Shown piece by piece: positions 1 through 9,215 of a DNA stretch of 58,244 nt (position 1 is the first letter of the stretch; every line of letters begins with the position of its first letter). Below the pieces are notes generated by a model. It did no database searches. It saw only the letters and a program-made list of their open reading frames with translations, and was not told the DNA's origin. The DNA is taken from the IMG/VR virus record IMGVR_UViG_3300025896_000032, positions 1 through 58,244 of that record; one strand, written 5' to 3'. The position numbers were made by a program, and so were the translations under genes. This DNA comes from a virus. Lineage: Duplodnaviria; Caudoviricetes.

Positions 1-174
1 ACGACCTTGCAGCCACGGTACAGCCTCAGGGCGGTACCAATGGCGACTGCTGCGCTAAATGCCTCAACGGTGATGCGCCTGCCATCACTGAGGCCCATGC
101 GGTATTTTCCGTAGGTGGCCATGTTAGTAACTGTTTTTACGGTCCTCTTTGGCGTCGTTCAGGGCATCCTGCTC
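1..174. repeat. Terminal overlap, left copy (assembly circularisation)
   Basis: 1-174 matches 58071-58244; the first 126 nt are identical, with mismatches at 127, 144 and 145. Confidence 0.95.
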
Positions 175-453
175 GGCCTGCCATACTTCGTACTGATTGA
201 CCGTGTACACCCCGTACTCGGCCAGATCCTCTGCGGTCATCGCACTGACGCACCACCAAGTAAATCCTTCGGCTTTGCACTTGGCTTCAAGCGCCTCGTT
301 CTGGGCGGTTATGTAGCTGTTCAGTTCTTGGCTTTGTTTTTCGTTGTTCATCTTGTTGTGGATTTGAGTGAGGACTAGGTTGGGGGCGGATCGCATTGCC
401 GCGATGCTCCTGCCCCAGTCGGATCCAGTGATGGTGTGAAATACTTCAGGCAT
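124..453 (-). CDS. Hypothetical protein
   Basis: 109-aa ORF overlapping the mazG stop; tightly packed - strand operon. Confidence 0.75.
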   Translation of the reverse strand: MPEVFHTITGSDWGRSIAAMRSAPNLVLTQIHNKMNNEKQSQELNSYITAQNEALEAKCKAEGFTWWCVSAMTAEDLAEYGVYTVNQYEVWQAEQDALNDAKEDRKNSY

Positions 454-835
454 GTCCAGTATTTTTCTCTAAGATATTACGCTCGGTCAAAAGATCGCGC
501 TTCAGGGCTCGGCCGGCATCGAACTTCCCGGGGTAGCGCGCCCGGAGCTTTTCAATGTTGATCGTGGCAACAGCCGACAGATCAGTGTCGGTAGCTCGGC
601 AGAGCAGAGCGAGGTACCACATCACATCACCGATCTCTTCGCGAAGATTCACGATATCCAGAGGCTTCGCGTAAAAATAGTGCTTCTTCATGGCGTCGAG
701 AATCTCTCCCGACTCCGTGGCAACGCCGATTGCTCCATGGAGCAGATCCCCGTCCACATAGATCCGCATTTTTGGGATCGGGGCGGTACGGAGAGCGTGG
801 TGCTGATAATCGTCTAGCTTGGTGATTTCGTTCAT
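446..835 (-). CDS. mazG: MazG-like nucleotide pyrophosphohydrolase
   Basis: Motifs GVATESGEILDAMKK, EEIGDVMWY and NIEKLRARYP. Confidence 0.9.
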   Translation of the reverse strand: MNEITKLDDYQHHALRTAPIPKMRIYVDGDLLHGAIGVATESGEILDAMKKHYFYAKPLDIVNLREEIGDVMWYLALLCRATDTDLSAVATINIEKLRARYPGKFDAGRALKRDLLTERNILEKNTGHA

Positions 836-838
836 GGG

Positions 839-1000
839 TTAAACTTCGTGGGGGTGGCCGTGGCGGGCGGAATCGATGCGAGCAAGCTCGTCAATCTCGG
901 CATCCGTGAGGGGTTGCTCAAAAGCGAACAGCTCTTCAAGAGCCTGCTTGCGTTCTTCGTCGCTGATCGTGGTGTTGTTTTTCGTGTCGTAGTTGTGCAT
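839..1000 (-). CDS. Small acidic hypothetical protein
   Basis: ATG at 1000 (MHNYDTK...), stop 3 nt upstream of the mazG start. Confidence 0.6.
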   Translation of the reverse strand: MHNYDTKNNTTISDEERKQALEELFAFEQPLTDAEIDELARIDSARHGHPHEV

Positions 1001-1098
1001 GACCCGACCAGTGATGGAGGGAATATTTCCAGTCACAAGCTTTTTCTCAAAGAAAAGTCTGGACAATTGCTCTAAGCAATACAGATATCCACATCGCA

Positions 1099-1503
1099 AT
1101 GGACAAACTAGCTACTAAATTACGGGAGGCACAGCTTTACGCTCATGCCTGCCACAACACCGTGTCGGGCTCAAATTTCCTTGAGCTGCACGAATTCTTC
1201 GAGGAACTCTACGGAGCCTACGAATCAGCCTACGACTCGGTCGTTGAGCGCATCATCGGACTGGGGGATGAGAAGTTGGATCTTCCCACGGTAAACATCG
1301 AAGCCGCTAAAGCAGCGGCGGAATGGCCAACCAAGAACATCGACATGATTCCATCGCTTCAGGCGCTGGAGGAGGACATCAGGGGGGTCATCGAGGAGTA
1401 CTCCAACGAGAAGTCCAAGTCGGCAGGCACCAAGAATCTTGTCGCCCAGATCGCTGACGATAGCGAGGTCCGCTCCTACAAGCTCAAGCAACTGATCAAA
1501 TGA
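1099..1503 (+). CDS. dps: Dps/ferritin-like protein
   Basis: Dps signature H..VSGSNFLELHEFFEELY.....DSVVER. Confidence 0.85.
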   Translation: MDKLATKLREAQLYAHACHNTVSGSNFLELHEFFEELYGAYESAYDSVVERIIGLGDEKLDLPTVNIEAAKAAAEWPTKNIDMIPSLQALEEDIRGVIEEYSNEKSKSAGTKNLVAQIADDSEVRSYKLKQLIK

Positions 1504-1739
1504 AGTCACTCATCCAAAGCCTTAAGCTCATCGCGGACAGTCTGCTCCCCAAGAAAAAGACGGTCACTAAAATCGTTCTTACTTGCCAAGGAAACAGCCT
1601 GAAGGTTGAGCTTCAGTTCAAGCCCAAGTTCAACCCCAAGGACATCACGTTCGATCAAGCAGCTGCCGTAGAGGGCGTGAAGGCAATCCGGGAATTCCTC
1701 GATGAACACGCCAAAAGCCAAGACCCGAGTTCTAATTGA
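1500..1739 (+). CDS. Hypothetical protein
   Basis: ATGA coupling to dps; 79 aa. Confidence 0.7.
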   Translation: MKSLIQSLKLIADSLLPKKKTVTKIVLTCQGNSLKVELQFKPKFNPKDITFDQAAAVEGVKAIREFLDEHAKSQDPSSN

Positions 1740-2025
1740 ATGGGAGGCATTTTCCACGGTTACTCCGTACAATCCGGAGAAGAAAACATCGCTCGTTAAG
1801 TGTGGCGGTGAAACGTGGGTTTATGCCGACAATCCAGAAGAAGCACTGAGTAAATTCAGGCAAGCACATCCAAAGGTAACATTAAAATATATCAGACATG
1901 AGCAAGAAATTGAAAGTGGGTCGCCCAAGACTGGGTCGAAGCCTAAGGGTCGTGGTGAGCGGAAGCGTGGATCCAAAAACGGCAATGGTTCTGGAGAAGA
2001 TCCGCAAAAGCCTGCCACCGGATAA
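1702..2025 (+). CDS. Hypothetical protein
   Basis: In operon; its C-terminal part overlaps the next gene. Confidence 0.55.
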   Translation: MNTPKAKTRVLIEWEAFSTVTPYNPEKKTSLVKCGGETWVYADNPEEALSKFRQAHPKVTLKYIRHEQEIESGSPKTGSKPKGRGERKRGSKNGNGSGEDPQKPATG

Positions 2026-2083
2026 ACAGAGAATCGGCTTCGCGATGGACGCGATTGCCAATCACTACAACCAAACCGTTTAA
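1898..2083 (+). CDS. Small DNA-binding protein, ribbon-helix-helix-like
   Basis: KVGRPR followed by a beta-strand and two helices (VVVSGSVDPKTAMVLEKI...IGFAMDAIA). Confidence 0.55.
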   Translation: MSKKLKVGRPRLGRSLRVVVSGSVDPKTAMVLEKIRKSLPPDKQRIGFAMDAIANHYNQTV

Positions 2084-2095
2084 TAAATTCAGCAT

Positions 2096-2758
2096 ATGAG
2101 CCAAAATACAATTACCACTATCACTGAAATTCTCGGACAGGCGCCAGCCTCTTGGGTCAATGGATCCTTTAAGGCAGTCGTCACGAAGACCCGCGACGCG
2201 CAGGGCAAGACGCCCGGTAAAGCCACCCTTGTTGACCCAGACAATCCTGCGTCCCAGATCACGGGCTCGTTCTTTGGTGGGTACCCGACCAAGTGGGAAG
2301 GCATGATCTGCGTCTTCTCTGGTGGCGGAATGAGGCGCACGGAGTACAATAACTCCCCCCAGATCACCTTCAACGACAAGACTAGCGTTGACGTCTTCCA
2401 AGCTCGCTCTGGCGCCGGTACGGCTGGTGGTGAACCCGGCAAGCACATGCCAGTTGCCCCATCGCAGGCCGTCATCTCCGCCACCAAGGTTAACTTCGCT
2501 GATGAGATGGGGCGGATCGGCTTGATGTACATCCATGCGGTTGGTCAGGCCCGTAACGCCAGCGCGGTTATCAAGGCCCAGCATGGCATTGATATGACCG
2601 ATGCCATGTTCCAGTCCTGCGTTGCCTCGATCTTCATTGAGGCGAACAAGAATGGTCTGGCGCGGTACATCCCGCTCGATCCAATCAAGGCGCCACCGGC
2701 TACTGCTCCCGCCCCTAAGGTGGCGGATCCAGAAGCCGATGCCGGTTCACCGTTCTAA
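2096..2758 (+). CDS. Putative single-stranded DNA-binding protein
   Basis: Beta-rich OB-like N-terminus; acidic tail ending PF (DPEADAGSPF); lies before the nuclease and primase. Confidence 0.65.
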   Translation: MSQNTITTITEILGQAPASWVNGSFKAVVTKTRDAQGKTPGKATLVDPDNPASQITGSFFGGYPTKWEGMICVFSGGGMRRTEYNNSPQITFNDKTSVDVFQARSGAGTAGGEPGKHMPVAPSQAVISATKVNFADEMGRIGLMYIHAVGQARNASAVIKAQHGIDMTDAMFQSCVASIFIEANKNGLARYIPLDPIKAPPATAPAPKVADPEADAGSPF

Positions 2759-2766
2759 GGCTACCC

Positions 2767-3582
2767 GTGAGCTTCTTCTCTCAATCAGGACACTGGTACG
2801 TCAAAAGCTCCAGTGGCCAGATCGAAGCCGCGCACGACCTTGACTTGCGAAAAGCTCGCAAGGTCAGTGCTCGGCCTTCGGTAACAACAGTACTCAAGGA
2901 GCGGTCCAATCCCGCCCTTGAGACTTGGAAGCAGAACATGATCTTTGATGTCGTCATGAAAAACCCCATTCGCACGGGGGAGGACGTCGAAGCGTACAAG
3001 GGTCGCATCGCTAAATTGTCTGCCAAGCCGGCAACTGACGCCGCTGACTTTGGCACCCAACTGCACGATGCCCTAGACATGTACCCTGCGCCGTGCCAAG
3101 ACCTCAAACTTCAGCCCTACGTCAACGTGTTTGGCCCGTCCTACGAAAAGGTGGTCAAGCGCCGCGTGTGTTCCGAGATCATGCTCTGTGATGATGATAT
3201 CGGTATCGCCGGCAGGACCGACTTGATTGCTGACACCCATGAGTGGGGTCTGGCGATCATCGACTACAAGACGTCAAAGTTCAAGGGCAAGTCGGCCAAG
3301 TTCTGGGACTCCTACAAGCTTCAGTTGTCCTTCTACGCCAAAGCGTATCAGAAGGCCAATGGCTTGGCGGAAACGCCGGCAATCGTGAATTGCGGCATCA
3401 ATAGCGAGGAACCGACAGAGCCGGTATGGAAGGCATACACGAAAGTTGAACAGGAGAAGGCATATGCGGAATTTCTCGCCGTTGCCTTTCTTTGGTTCTG
3501 CACAAAGAACTACTGGCCTATGGGCGATAATCAACGTTGGATCATGCACGCACAAATCAACGGTAAGTTGATCTCTTCGTAA
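2767..3582 (+). CDS. PD-(D/E)XK (RecB/Cas4-like) exonuclease
   Basis: PSVTTVL, FGTQLH, AGRTDLI, IIDYKT and QLSFY motifs. Confidence 0.85.
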   Translation: MSFFSQSGHWYVKSSSGQIEAAHDLDLRKARKVSARPSVTTVLKERSNPALETWKQNMIFDVVMKNPIRTGEDVEAYKGRIAKLSAKPATDAADFGTQLHDALDMYPAPCQDLKLQPYVNVFGPSYEKVVKRRVCSEIMLCDDDIGIAGRTDLIADTHEWGLAIIDYKTSKFKGKSAKFWDSYKLQLSFYAKAYQKANGLAETPAIVNCGINSEEPTEPVWKAYTKVEQEKAYAEFLAVAFLWFCTKNYWPMGDNQRWIMHAQINGKLISS

Positions 3583-3590
3583 CACACAAA

Positions 3591-5426
3591 ATGGACACAG
3601 CTGAACTTAATAATGCGCTTAAGGGGCGCATGGAGGAACTTGTCTCCATGCTATTCCCTAATGCCAAGGTGCGCGGCCATACGGCTTTCCTTGGCGGTAT
3701 CGATGGAGCTGCGGGCGAAAGCCTCCAGATCCATATTTCGGGGTCTCGTATCGGTTGCTTTATCGACCATGCGAACCCCAGCGACAAGGGCGGGACTCCG
3801 CTCTTTCTTTGGTCCAAGGCCAAGAACATATCCTTCGCCGATGCGGTGAAGGAGGCCAAGGAGTGGCTCGGCGTTAAGGATGATCACGCATCAGTGCGAA
3901 AGTATCGCAACAAGACGTACGCCCAGCCCGACATCAGGGGTAAGAATATCAGGATCGTGGAGACCAATACCCCGGTCATGGAGTATCTCGTATCGGAACG
4001 TGGGATTGATCCCATTGTTTTGATTCGGAACAAGGTGGCCGACGCCTTTGAGGGTAAAACCATTGTCTTCCCGTACTTTGAGATGGGTAACGACAAGGCG
4101 GTCCATGTTAAGTACCTGAACGTCGAGCGCGATGCCGAGGGCAAGAAGAAGATGTGGTCGAGCGATGGCACCAAGCGGTGCCTCTTCGGAAAGATCGCGA
4201 TTGATGACAACGTTCGCGAGATCGTCATCACCGAAGGCGAGATCGACGCCCTGTCCTACCAGTCGGTTAGCATCCCTGCGGTCAGTTGTCCGAATGGGGT
4301 GTCCGATCAAGAGTGGATCGAGCTGGACTGGGAGTGGTTGGAGCGATTTGAGAAGGTCTATATCAGCACTGATATGGACGGCCCGGGTCGAGAAGCTGCC
4401 GAGAAGATCGCACGTCGCATTGGCCTGCATCGCACGTTCATCGTCTCCTTGCCCCACAAGGATGCCAATGACTGCCTGCGTGAGGGCTTAAGGCGCGAGG
4501 GCTTCCTTGAGTGCCTCGCCAAGGCCACTCAGATCGATCTGGAGGACATCAAGAGCGCATCGGCGTTCACCGATCAGGTCTGGGACCTGTACGACGCCAA
4601 GGCAGGCAATGCCGGCTACAGCACGCCATGGTCCGATCTGCCCTTCCGGATCCGTCCCGGTGAGTTCACCGTGGTATCGGGCTACAGTGGCCATGGCAAG
4701 ACCCAGATGCTCAATCATCTGATCGTCCACCTGACCAGTCTTGGCGCCAAGGTGTTCGACGCTTCGCTGGAGATCAAGCCAGCCAAGACCCTGCACATGA
4801 TGTCAAGGGCCGCGCTAGCCAAGCGGGCTCCCGACAACAAGCTGGAGTTGCAGGACTGCATCAACTGGATGTCTGAATCCATGTGGTTCTACGACCATGT
4901 TGGAGTAGCCAAGAAGGATCGCCTGCTGGAGGCCATGAACTATGCGCGTAAGCGTTTCGGTATTGATGTCTTCGTGATCGACTCGCTCTTCAAGTGCGGC
5001 GTCAGTGGCGAGGACTTCAATGGCCAGCGTGGGTTCATGGATGAACTTACGGCCTTCAGCAATGATACCGGCTCACACGTCATCCTCGTTGCCCATTCGC
5101 GTAAGAGCGAGAACGAGGACCGGGTGCCAACCAAGACCGACATCAGCGGGTCGCAAGACATCAACAATGCGGCTTTCAATGTGCTGATCGTGTGGCGCAA
5201 TAAGCTCAAGCAACGCCGCCGGGATGAGGCGCTCCAGAAGAACGATCCGCTCAAGGTGGCAGAGATCGATGGTTGGTACGACGGGAAGATCCGTCTCGAC
5301 AAGCAGCGGTTCGGAGAGGGCGAAGACAAGGACGTATCGACGTACTTCGACCACTTCTCGTGGCAGTTCCAATTAGCTCAACATACCAGACACGCTTACT
5401 ATGCCCAAGGCAGAGCGAGTACTTGA
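3591..5426 (+). CDS. TOPRIM primase / SF4 helicase (T7 gp4/Twinkle-like)
   Basis: ITEGEIDALS, DMDGPG and KDAND (TOPRIM); Walker A GYSGHGKT, VIDSL and LVAHSRK. Confidence 0.93.
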   Translation: MDTAELNNALKGRMEELVSMLFPNAKVRGHTAFLGGIDGAAGESLQIHISGSRIGCFIDHANPSDKGGTPLFLWSKAKNISFADAVKEAKEWLGVKDDHASVRKYRNKTYAQPDIRGKNIRIVETNTPVMEYLVSERGIDPIVLIRNKVADAFEGKTIVFPYFEMGNDKAVHVKYLNVERDAEGKKKMWSSDGTKRCLFGKIAIDDNVREIVITEGEIDALSYQSVSIPAVSCPNGVSDQEWIELDWEWLERFEKVYISTDMDGPGREAAEKIARRIGLHRTFIVSLPHKDANDCLREGLRREGFLECLAKATQIDLEDIKSASAFTDQVWDLYDAKAGNAGYSTPWSDLPFRIRPGEFTVVSGYSGHGKTQMLNHLIVHLTSLGAKVFDASLEIKPAKTLHMMSRAALAKRAPDNKLELQDCINWMSESMWFYDHVGVAKKDRLLEAMNYARKRFGIDVFVIDSLFKCGVSGEDFNGQRGFMDELTAFSNDTGSHVILVAHSRKSENEDRVPTKTDISGSQDINNAAFNVLIVWRNKLKQRRRDEALQKNDPLKVAEIDGWYDGKIRLDKQRFGEGEDKDVSTYFDHFSWQFQLAQHTRHAYYAQGRAST

Positions 5427-5700
5427 ACCTATGCGGGTGCAGGACTGGGGGCGTTACGTTTTTCGCGTAACCTCCCAGTCCCGTCCTGATCATACCTATC
5501 AGGTTGATCTACTGGCTAATGGCGGAATCGGGCATTGTTCGTGCGAAAACTTTTCCATCAAACGCCAGCCGCTCATCGATGCCGGGGGAGTGCTCGGTAA
5601 TGACAATTTGCTGTGCAAGCACATCAAGACATGCCGCAGCCACTTCCTCGATCAGCTCTTATCGCGTTTATCCCAAAACGAAAACCCCCCAACACAATGA
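5401..5700 (+). CDS. SWIM zinc-finger protein
   Basis: CSC...CKH motif. Confidence 0.75.
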   Translation: MPKAERVLEPMRVQDWGRYVFRVTSQSRPDHTYQVDLLANGGIGHCSCENFSIKRQPLIDAGGVLGNDNLLCKHIKTCRSHFLDQLLSRLSQNENPPTQ

Positions 5701-6134
5701 TCAAACGTACACTGATTAAGATGATAATCGCATTCCCCGTCATACTTCACGGGAACAATGCTCAGAACTGGCCGGCAAACACGCACATTGACGAGGGCGT
5801 CTTCCTTGAGTCCATCGCAGAGGTGGAGAATAGCGCCGGCAAGATCGGCAAGAAGGGCGAGATGACGCCATGGCAAATCATGCCCACTACATGGGCTGAG
5901 TACACCATCGAGCCCATCGAGACCGCGCCACCACAGGTACAGGCGAAGGTAGCCTTGCGTATCTTGCGCCACTTCTCGGCCATACTGACAAAGCGAGGCC
6001 TGATCCCGGCGCCGTATACCCTAGCGCTAGCTTGGAACGGTGGCCCCAACCGGAACGCATGGCCCACCTCTACCCATGCTTACGCCAAGCGTGTGCTCGC
6101 GGTGTATGACCGTCGCATGAAAGGCAATAAATGA
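5697..6134 (+). CDS. Lytic transglycosylase (SLT) with hydrophobic N-terminus, probable endolysin
   Basis: IAEVENS catalytic Glu, WQIMPTTW, LAWNGGP; ATG at 5697 coupled to the upstream stop. Confidence 0.75.
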   Translation: MIKRTLIKMIIAFPVILHGNNAQNWPANTHIDEGVFLESIAEVENSAGKIGKKGEMTPWQIMPTTWAEYTIEPIETAPPQVQAKVALRILRHFSAILTKRGLIPAPYTLALAWNGGPNRNAWPTSTHAYAKRVLAVYDRRMKGNK

Positions 6135-6610
6135 GCGCCACCATTGTCGGTATCGATAACGGTGCCACGGGTACCATTGGTATCCTTAAGCCGGACTGCG
6201 TCCTGTTTTTTGACACCCCCATCAAGGAAATGCTTCAGGGCAAAGCCGGCAGGAAGGTTAAGCGGGTGGACCATAAGGAGCTGACAAGGTTGCTGTTACC
6301 CCACGTTCCCTTCATGGCGTACATTGAGCGGCCATACACCGGCCAGTTTATGAGTGCCATGCTACCCGGCCAACGGTCATTTGAGGCGGTTCTTATCGTG
6401 CTAGAGCAGCTTGGGTGCGGATTTGAGGTAATCGACTCCAAGGTGTGGCAAGAGCCCGTATTGGGCAAAATTAAGGGGTCTGCGGCCCTCAAGCAGGCAA
6501 GTGCCATGCGCGGCGCCCAGATCTACCCCCAATACGCCAGCATGATCAAGAAGCACAAGGACGCGGATGGCTTACTGATAGCCCATCACTTCTACCATAA
6601 TCATGCTTGA
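6131..6610 (+). CDS. ruvC: RuvC-like Holliday junction resolvase
   Basis: IVGIDNG, YIERP, KVWQ and DADGLLIA motifs. Confidence 0.85.
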   Translation: MSATIVGIDNGATGTIGILKPDCVLFFDTPIKEMLQGKAGRKVKRVDHKELTRLLLPHVPFMAYIERPYTGQFMSAMLPGQRSFEAVLIVLEQLGCGFEVIDSKVWQEPVLGKIKGSAALKQASAMRGAQIYPQYASMIKKHKDADGLLIAHHFYHNHA

Positions 6611-6636
6611 CGCATAGCACCAGAAAGGGGCATAAT
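6607..6636 (+). promoter_or_regulatory. sigma70-like promoter
   Basis: TTGACG-18nt-CATAAT, with no gene following before a terminator. Confidence 0.6.
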
Positions 6637-6642
6637 GCAGCC

Positions 6643-6736
6643 CAGTTAAGGAAAACTGTACTATCGGTGCGGTAGTTATTCGCGAAAGACCTTACACTAG
6701 CCCCCCTCGTTCACCCGACGGGGGCTACTTCTTTTT
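6643..6736 (+). ncRNA. Candidate ~90-nt small RNA
   Basis: Lies between the promoter and an intrinsic terminator; hairpins CAGTT-AAGGAA-AACTG and ACTATCG-GTG-CGGTAGT. Confidence 0.4.
6698..6736 (+). terminator. Intrinsic terminator
   Basis: TAGCCCCC...GGGGGCTA stem followed by CTTCTTTTT. Confidence 0.75.
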
Positions 6737-7498
6737 GGCCTCTAGGTAGTCAGCGAACACCCTAGGCGATATCACATAATAAGAACCGCACTCAGCGCAT
6801 TGCATCTGGTGGTGCAGCTCCCCCTTGGCGGATATCTTGGTCTTGCTCTTACGCACCTTCTCACTGGCGCACTTGACGCAGCTCCACTTGTCACGACCAG
6901 CGGCAACGCCGGCATGGGTCTTCACGTTAACGTGCTCAGAGAGTCTGGTGTAGACCTTCTCAAGGATCTTCACGTCATGCTGGCAGTACTCGACCATGTA
7001 CTTGAGGGCCTTGCGGTCGTTCTTCAGCACCACCTTCTTCCACAGGTCCAATCCGGTCTTCATCTTACCCTCGCAACCAAGGAAGGTGGCGATGTAATCC
7101 ATCTTGTTGCTGTTAAAGTAGAAGTTACGTCTAGCCCATTGCAGCGTATCAATGGTCTTGTAGCTGAAGTTGGTTTGGATCCCGTGGAAGATGCAGCGGG
7201 TCTTGAACCAAGGAAGATCGAATCGGTCGCCATTGTGGGCCACCATCTCATCAGCGGTGGAAGCGATAACCGAAAACCTCTTGAGCATGAGCCTGTCGCT
7301 CTGCTGATGGTCCCAGTTCAGGTAATAGACCTCATCCTCGTCCTCCCACTTGTAGCAGATGCAGATAACGGCCCGCTCATGGATAATCGAGTCGGAGTTA
7401 ATGAACTGCTTTGGCCCTGCCCTCCAAAAGAATCCGATGTTAGGGGAGGTCTCAATATCCCAAAACAAACGCCGGACTTTCTTGAGGGGTTTTTTCAC
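6725..7498 (-). CDS. RNase H-fold (DEDD/YprB-like) exonuclease with C-terminal Zn ribbon
   Basis: WDIETS, AHNGDRFDLP and YCQHDV; CVKC...CAEC. Confidence 0.85.
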   Translation of the reverse strand: MKKPLKKVRRLFWDIETSPNIGFFWRAGPKQFINSDSIIHERAVICICYKWEDEDEVYYLNWDHQQSDRLMLKRFSVIASTADEMVAHNGDRFDLPWFKTRCIFHGIQTNFSYKTIDTLQWARRNFYFNSNKMDYIATFLGCEGKMKTGLDLWKKVVLKNDRKALKYMVEYCQHDVKILEKVYTRLSEHVNVKTHAGVAAGRDKWSCVKCASEKVRKSKTKISAKGELHHQMQCAECGSYYVISPRVFADYLEAKKK

Positions 7499-7523
7499 AC
7501 AGCTATTTTTGGATCTGAGCCAA

Positions 7524-8546
7524 CTATTGCTTCGCTAGGTAAGAAGAAATACCGCTTTCCGTGATAAGTACACCCATGATGTTGCGGCCATAGACGGTAT
7601 CAGATGTGCAGCCGGTAAGGGTTTGATCTGGATACTTGAGCGCCTGCCACTTTGCTTTACCAAACCCGCCGAATAAACTGCGGTTGACGGTAACCAAGGC
7701 GGCGCCGGATGGACGCTTGGCGCTAACGAATCCAGCGGCAAGATTGTAGCCACCGATGGCCCCATTGATGCCCTCGAAATGCGTCACCATAGTGCCGATC
7801 TTGTTTTCGCCCTGATAAGCCCGAAGGTTGGTGATTTCCTTGGTCTTGGAATCGTAGTCGGCGATGAACGCTTGGCTCATGGCATCCAGACTCTTGCTAG
7901 TGTAACCACCAGCCACGGTGTAGCTTGTGCCGCCATTATGCCAGATGCCATAGAGCGTCTGGGTGAGGGCGCCGGGGATGCTGGGGTAGTAATAGCTCTC
8001 GTTCTCAATGTCGTAGATGAAGGCGCAGCCATTGGTGAGCTTGGTATCGTAATTACCGACCGCCAGCCCGCCCATCGTGCTATGGACATAGACGTTCAGG
8101 GTGTCACCGCCATTGGGCGCGATGGTCGTCCACTCGCCAGAGCCATCCAGAGGCCCCCGATAAAGGCACCCAAGGGCAGATGAACCAGTGGAGGTGCGCT
8201 TATAGCTCCCAACGAACTCAATGCCGTCCTTGCCGTAATTATTAGGACCGTAGCACGAAGTATTGATGACGTCACTGAAGTCGGGGCTGGTATAGGTGAA
8301 CGTGTACCACTTGCCCAAGCTACCATTGTGGCTCAGTGGCCCCTTGTAGATCAGGCCAACCACATTGCTGGATCCGTTGGCAAGCGTACCAGAGATCCAT
8401 ACGTCGCTTGATTTACTAACGCCCCTGACGCCTTGGATCGTGGTTGATCCGGTCAGCGGGCAATTGAACGGCGAGTAGGTGACCGGCAAATCCTTATCGG
8501 AAATGAACATGCTGGCGATGATCCCGGCTAATTTCTTGAAGAACAT
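7524..8546 (-). CDS. Uncharacterised beta-rich protein, possibly exported or virion-associated
   Basis: 340 aa, rich in G/S/T/Y; N-terminus MFFKKLAGIIA. Confidence 0.7.
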   Translation of the reverse strand: MFFKKLAGIIASMFISDKDLPVTYSPFNCPLTGSTTIQGVRGVSKSSDVWISGTLANGSSNVVGLIYKGPLSHNGSLGKWYTFTYTSPDFSDVINTSCYGPNNYGKDGIEFVGSYKRTSTGSSALGCLYRGPLDGSGEWTTIAPNGGDTLNVYVHSTMGGLAVGNYDTKLTNGCAFIYDIENESYYYPSIPGALTQTLYGIWHNGGTSYTVAGGYTSKSLDAMSQAFIADYDSKTKEITNLRAYQGENKIGTMVTHFEGINGAIGGYNLAAGFVSAKRPSGAALVTVNRSLFGGFGKAKWQALKYPDQTLTGCTSDTVYGRNIMGVLITESGISSYLAKQ

Positions 8547-8562
8547 TTTGATTTGTTGGATG

Positions 8563-8778
8563 CTATTTATTCTTAAAATATTCCCAAAGACCGGGCGCCA
8601 AGAAAGCCAACGCGGTGGTAACCCCACGGACGTACCATTTCTCCTTTTCTAGCTCCGTTACCCTCCCATTGGTTTTTACGGTCTGCCTCTCGATTCTCTC
8701 AAGGGTGATATCTTGCTTGTCGAGGCGCTCCATGATCTTAGAAAACATCGAGTCAGTGCTATTGGGGTCGTAGCTCAT
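8563..8778 (-). CDS. Small coiled-coil plus TM protein (XhlA-like lysis accessory)
   Basis: TNGRVTELE followed by a hydrophobic helix; next to the holin. Confidence 0.6.
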   Translation of the reverse strand: MSYDPNSTDSMFSKIMERLDKQDITLERIERQTVKTNGRVTELEKEKWYVRGVTTALAFLAPGLWEYFKNK

Positions 8779-8798
8779 TGCGTCGGTGTTTTCGGTTG

Positions 8799-9215
8799 TC
8801 ACTTGGAGGAGCGCGAGTATCTGGCTCCGAAATACCAGAAGATCGCCGTAAAGGCTCCAAATTGAAATTCACTGGCTAGGGTGGATTTGGTAGCGGCATC
8901 ACTCCCGCTGAAGACGTAAAACAGAATCGCCACACCGGCCCAAGCCAATCCGGGTCGCGTGCCCTCCTTGAGGGCGAACACCAAAACATAGATCGACGCC
9001 ACCCAAGGCCATACACCCTGCGGTACCTGAAGCGGACCGCTATCCCCTTGACTGGCGGTAAACGCCTTCCACGCCTCCGTCTTTTCCGCAGCAGCCACCT
9101 GCGCGTTCATCATAGCGATCTTGTTCTTGGTATCGAGCCAGTCGGTGAAGCAATGCAGGCCCATGCCAAGGACGCCACCGCCAGCCGCGTTCGTAAGGAG
9201 ATCGATGAAGTTCAT
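8799..9215 (-). CDS. Putative holin (3-TM type)
   Basis: Several hydrophobic helices; TRP motif and C-terminal FWYFGAR. Confidence 0.6.
   Translation of the reverse strand: MNFIDLLTNAAGGGVLGMGLHCFTDWLDTKNKIAMMNAQVAAAEKTEAWKAFTASQGDSGPLQVPQGVWPWVASIYVLVFALKEGTRPGLAWAGVAILFYVFSGSDAATKSTLASEFQFGAFTAIFWYFGARYSRSSK

Noticed and set aside
1-174. Biological direct terminal repeat
   Set aside because: It falls inside coding sequence in mid-operon and the identical part is k-mer sized; an assembly overlap is more likely
2767-3582. Cas4 of a CRISPR system
   Set aside because: Generic PD-(D/E)XK nuclease in a replication operon, without the Fe-S cysteine pattern or an array
6725-7498. DNA polymerase
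   Set aside because: Only an exonuclease domain and Zn ribbon; no polymerase motifs recognised in the genome
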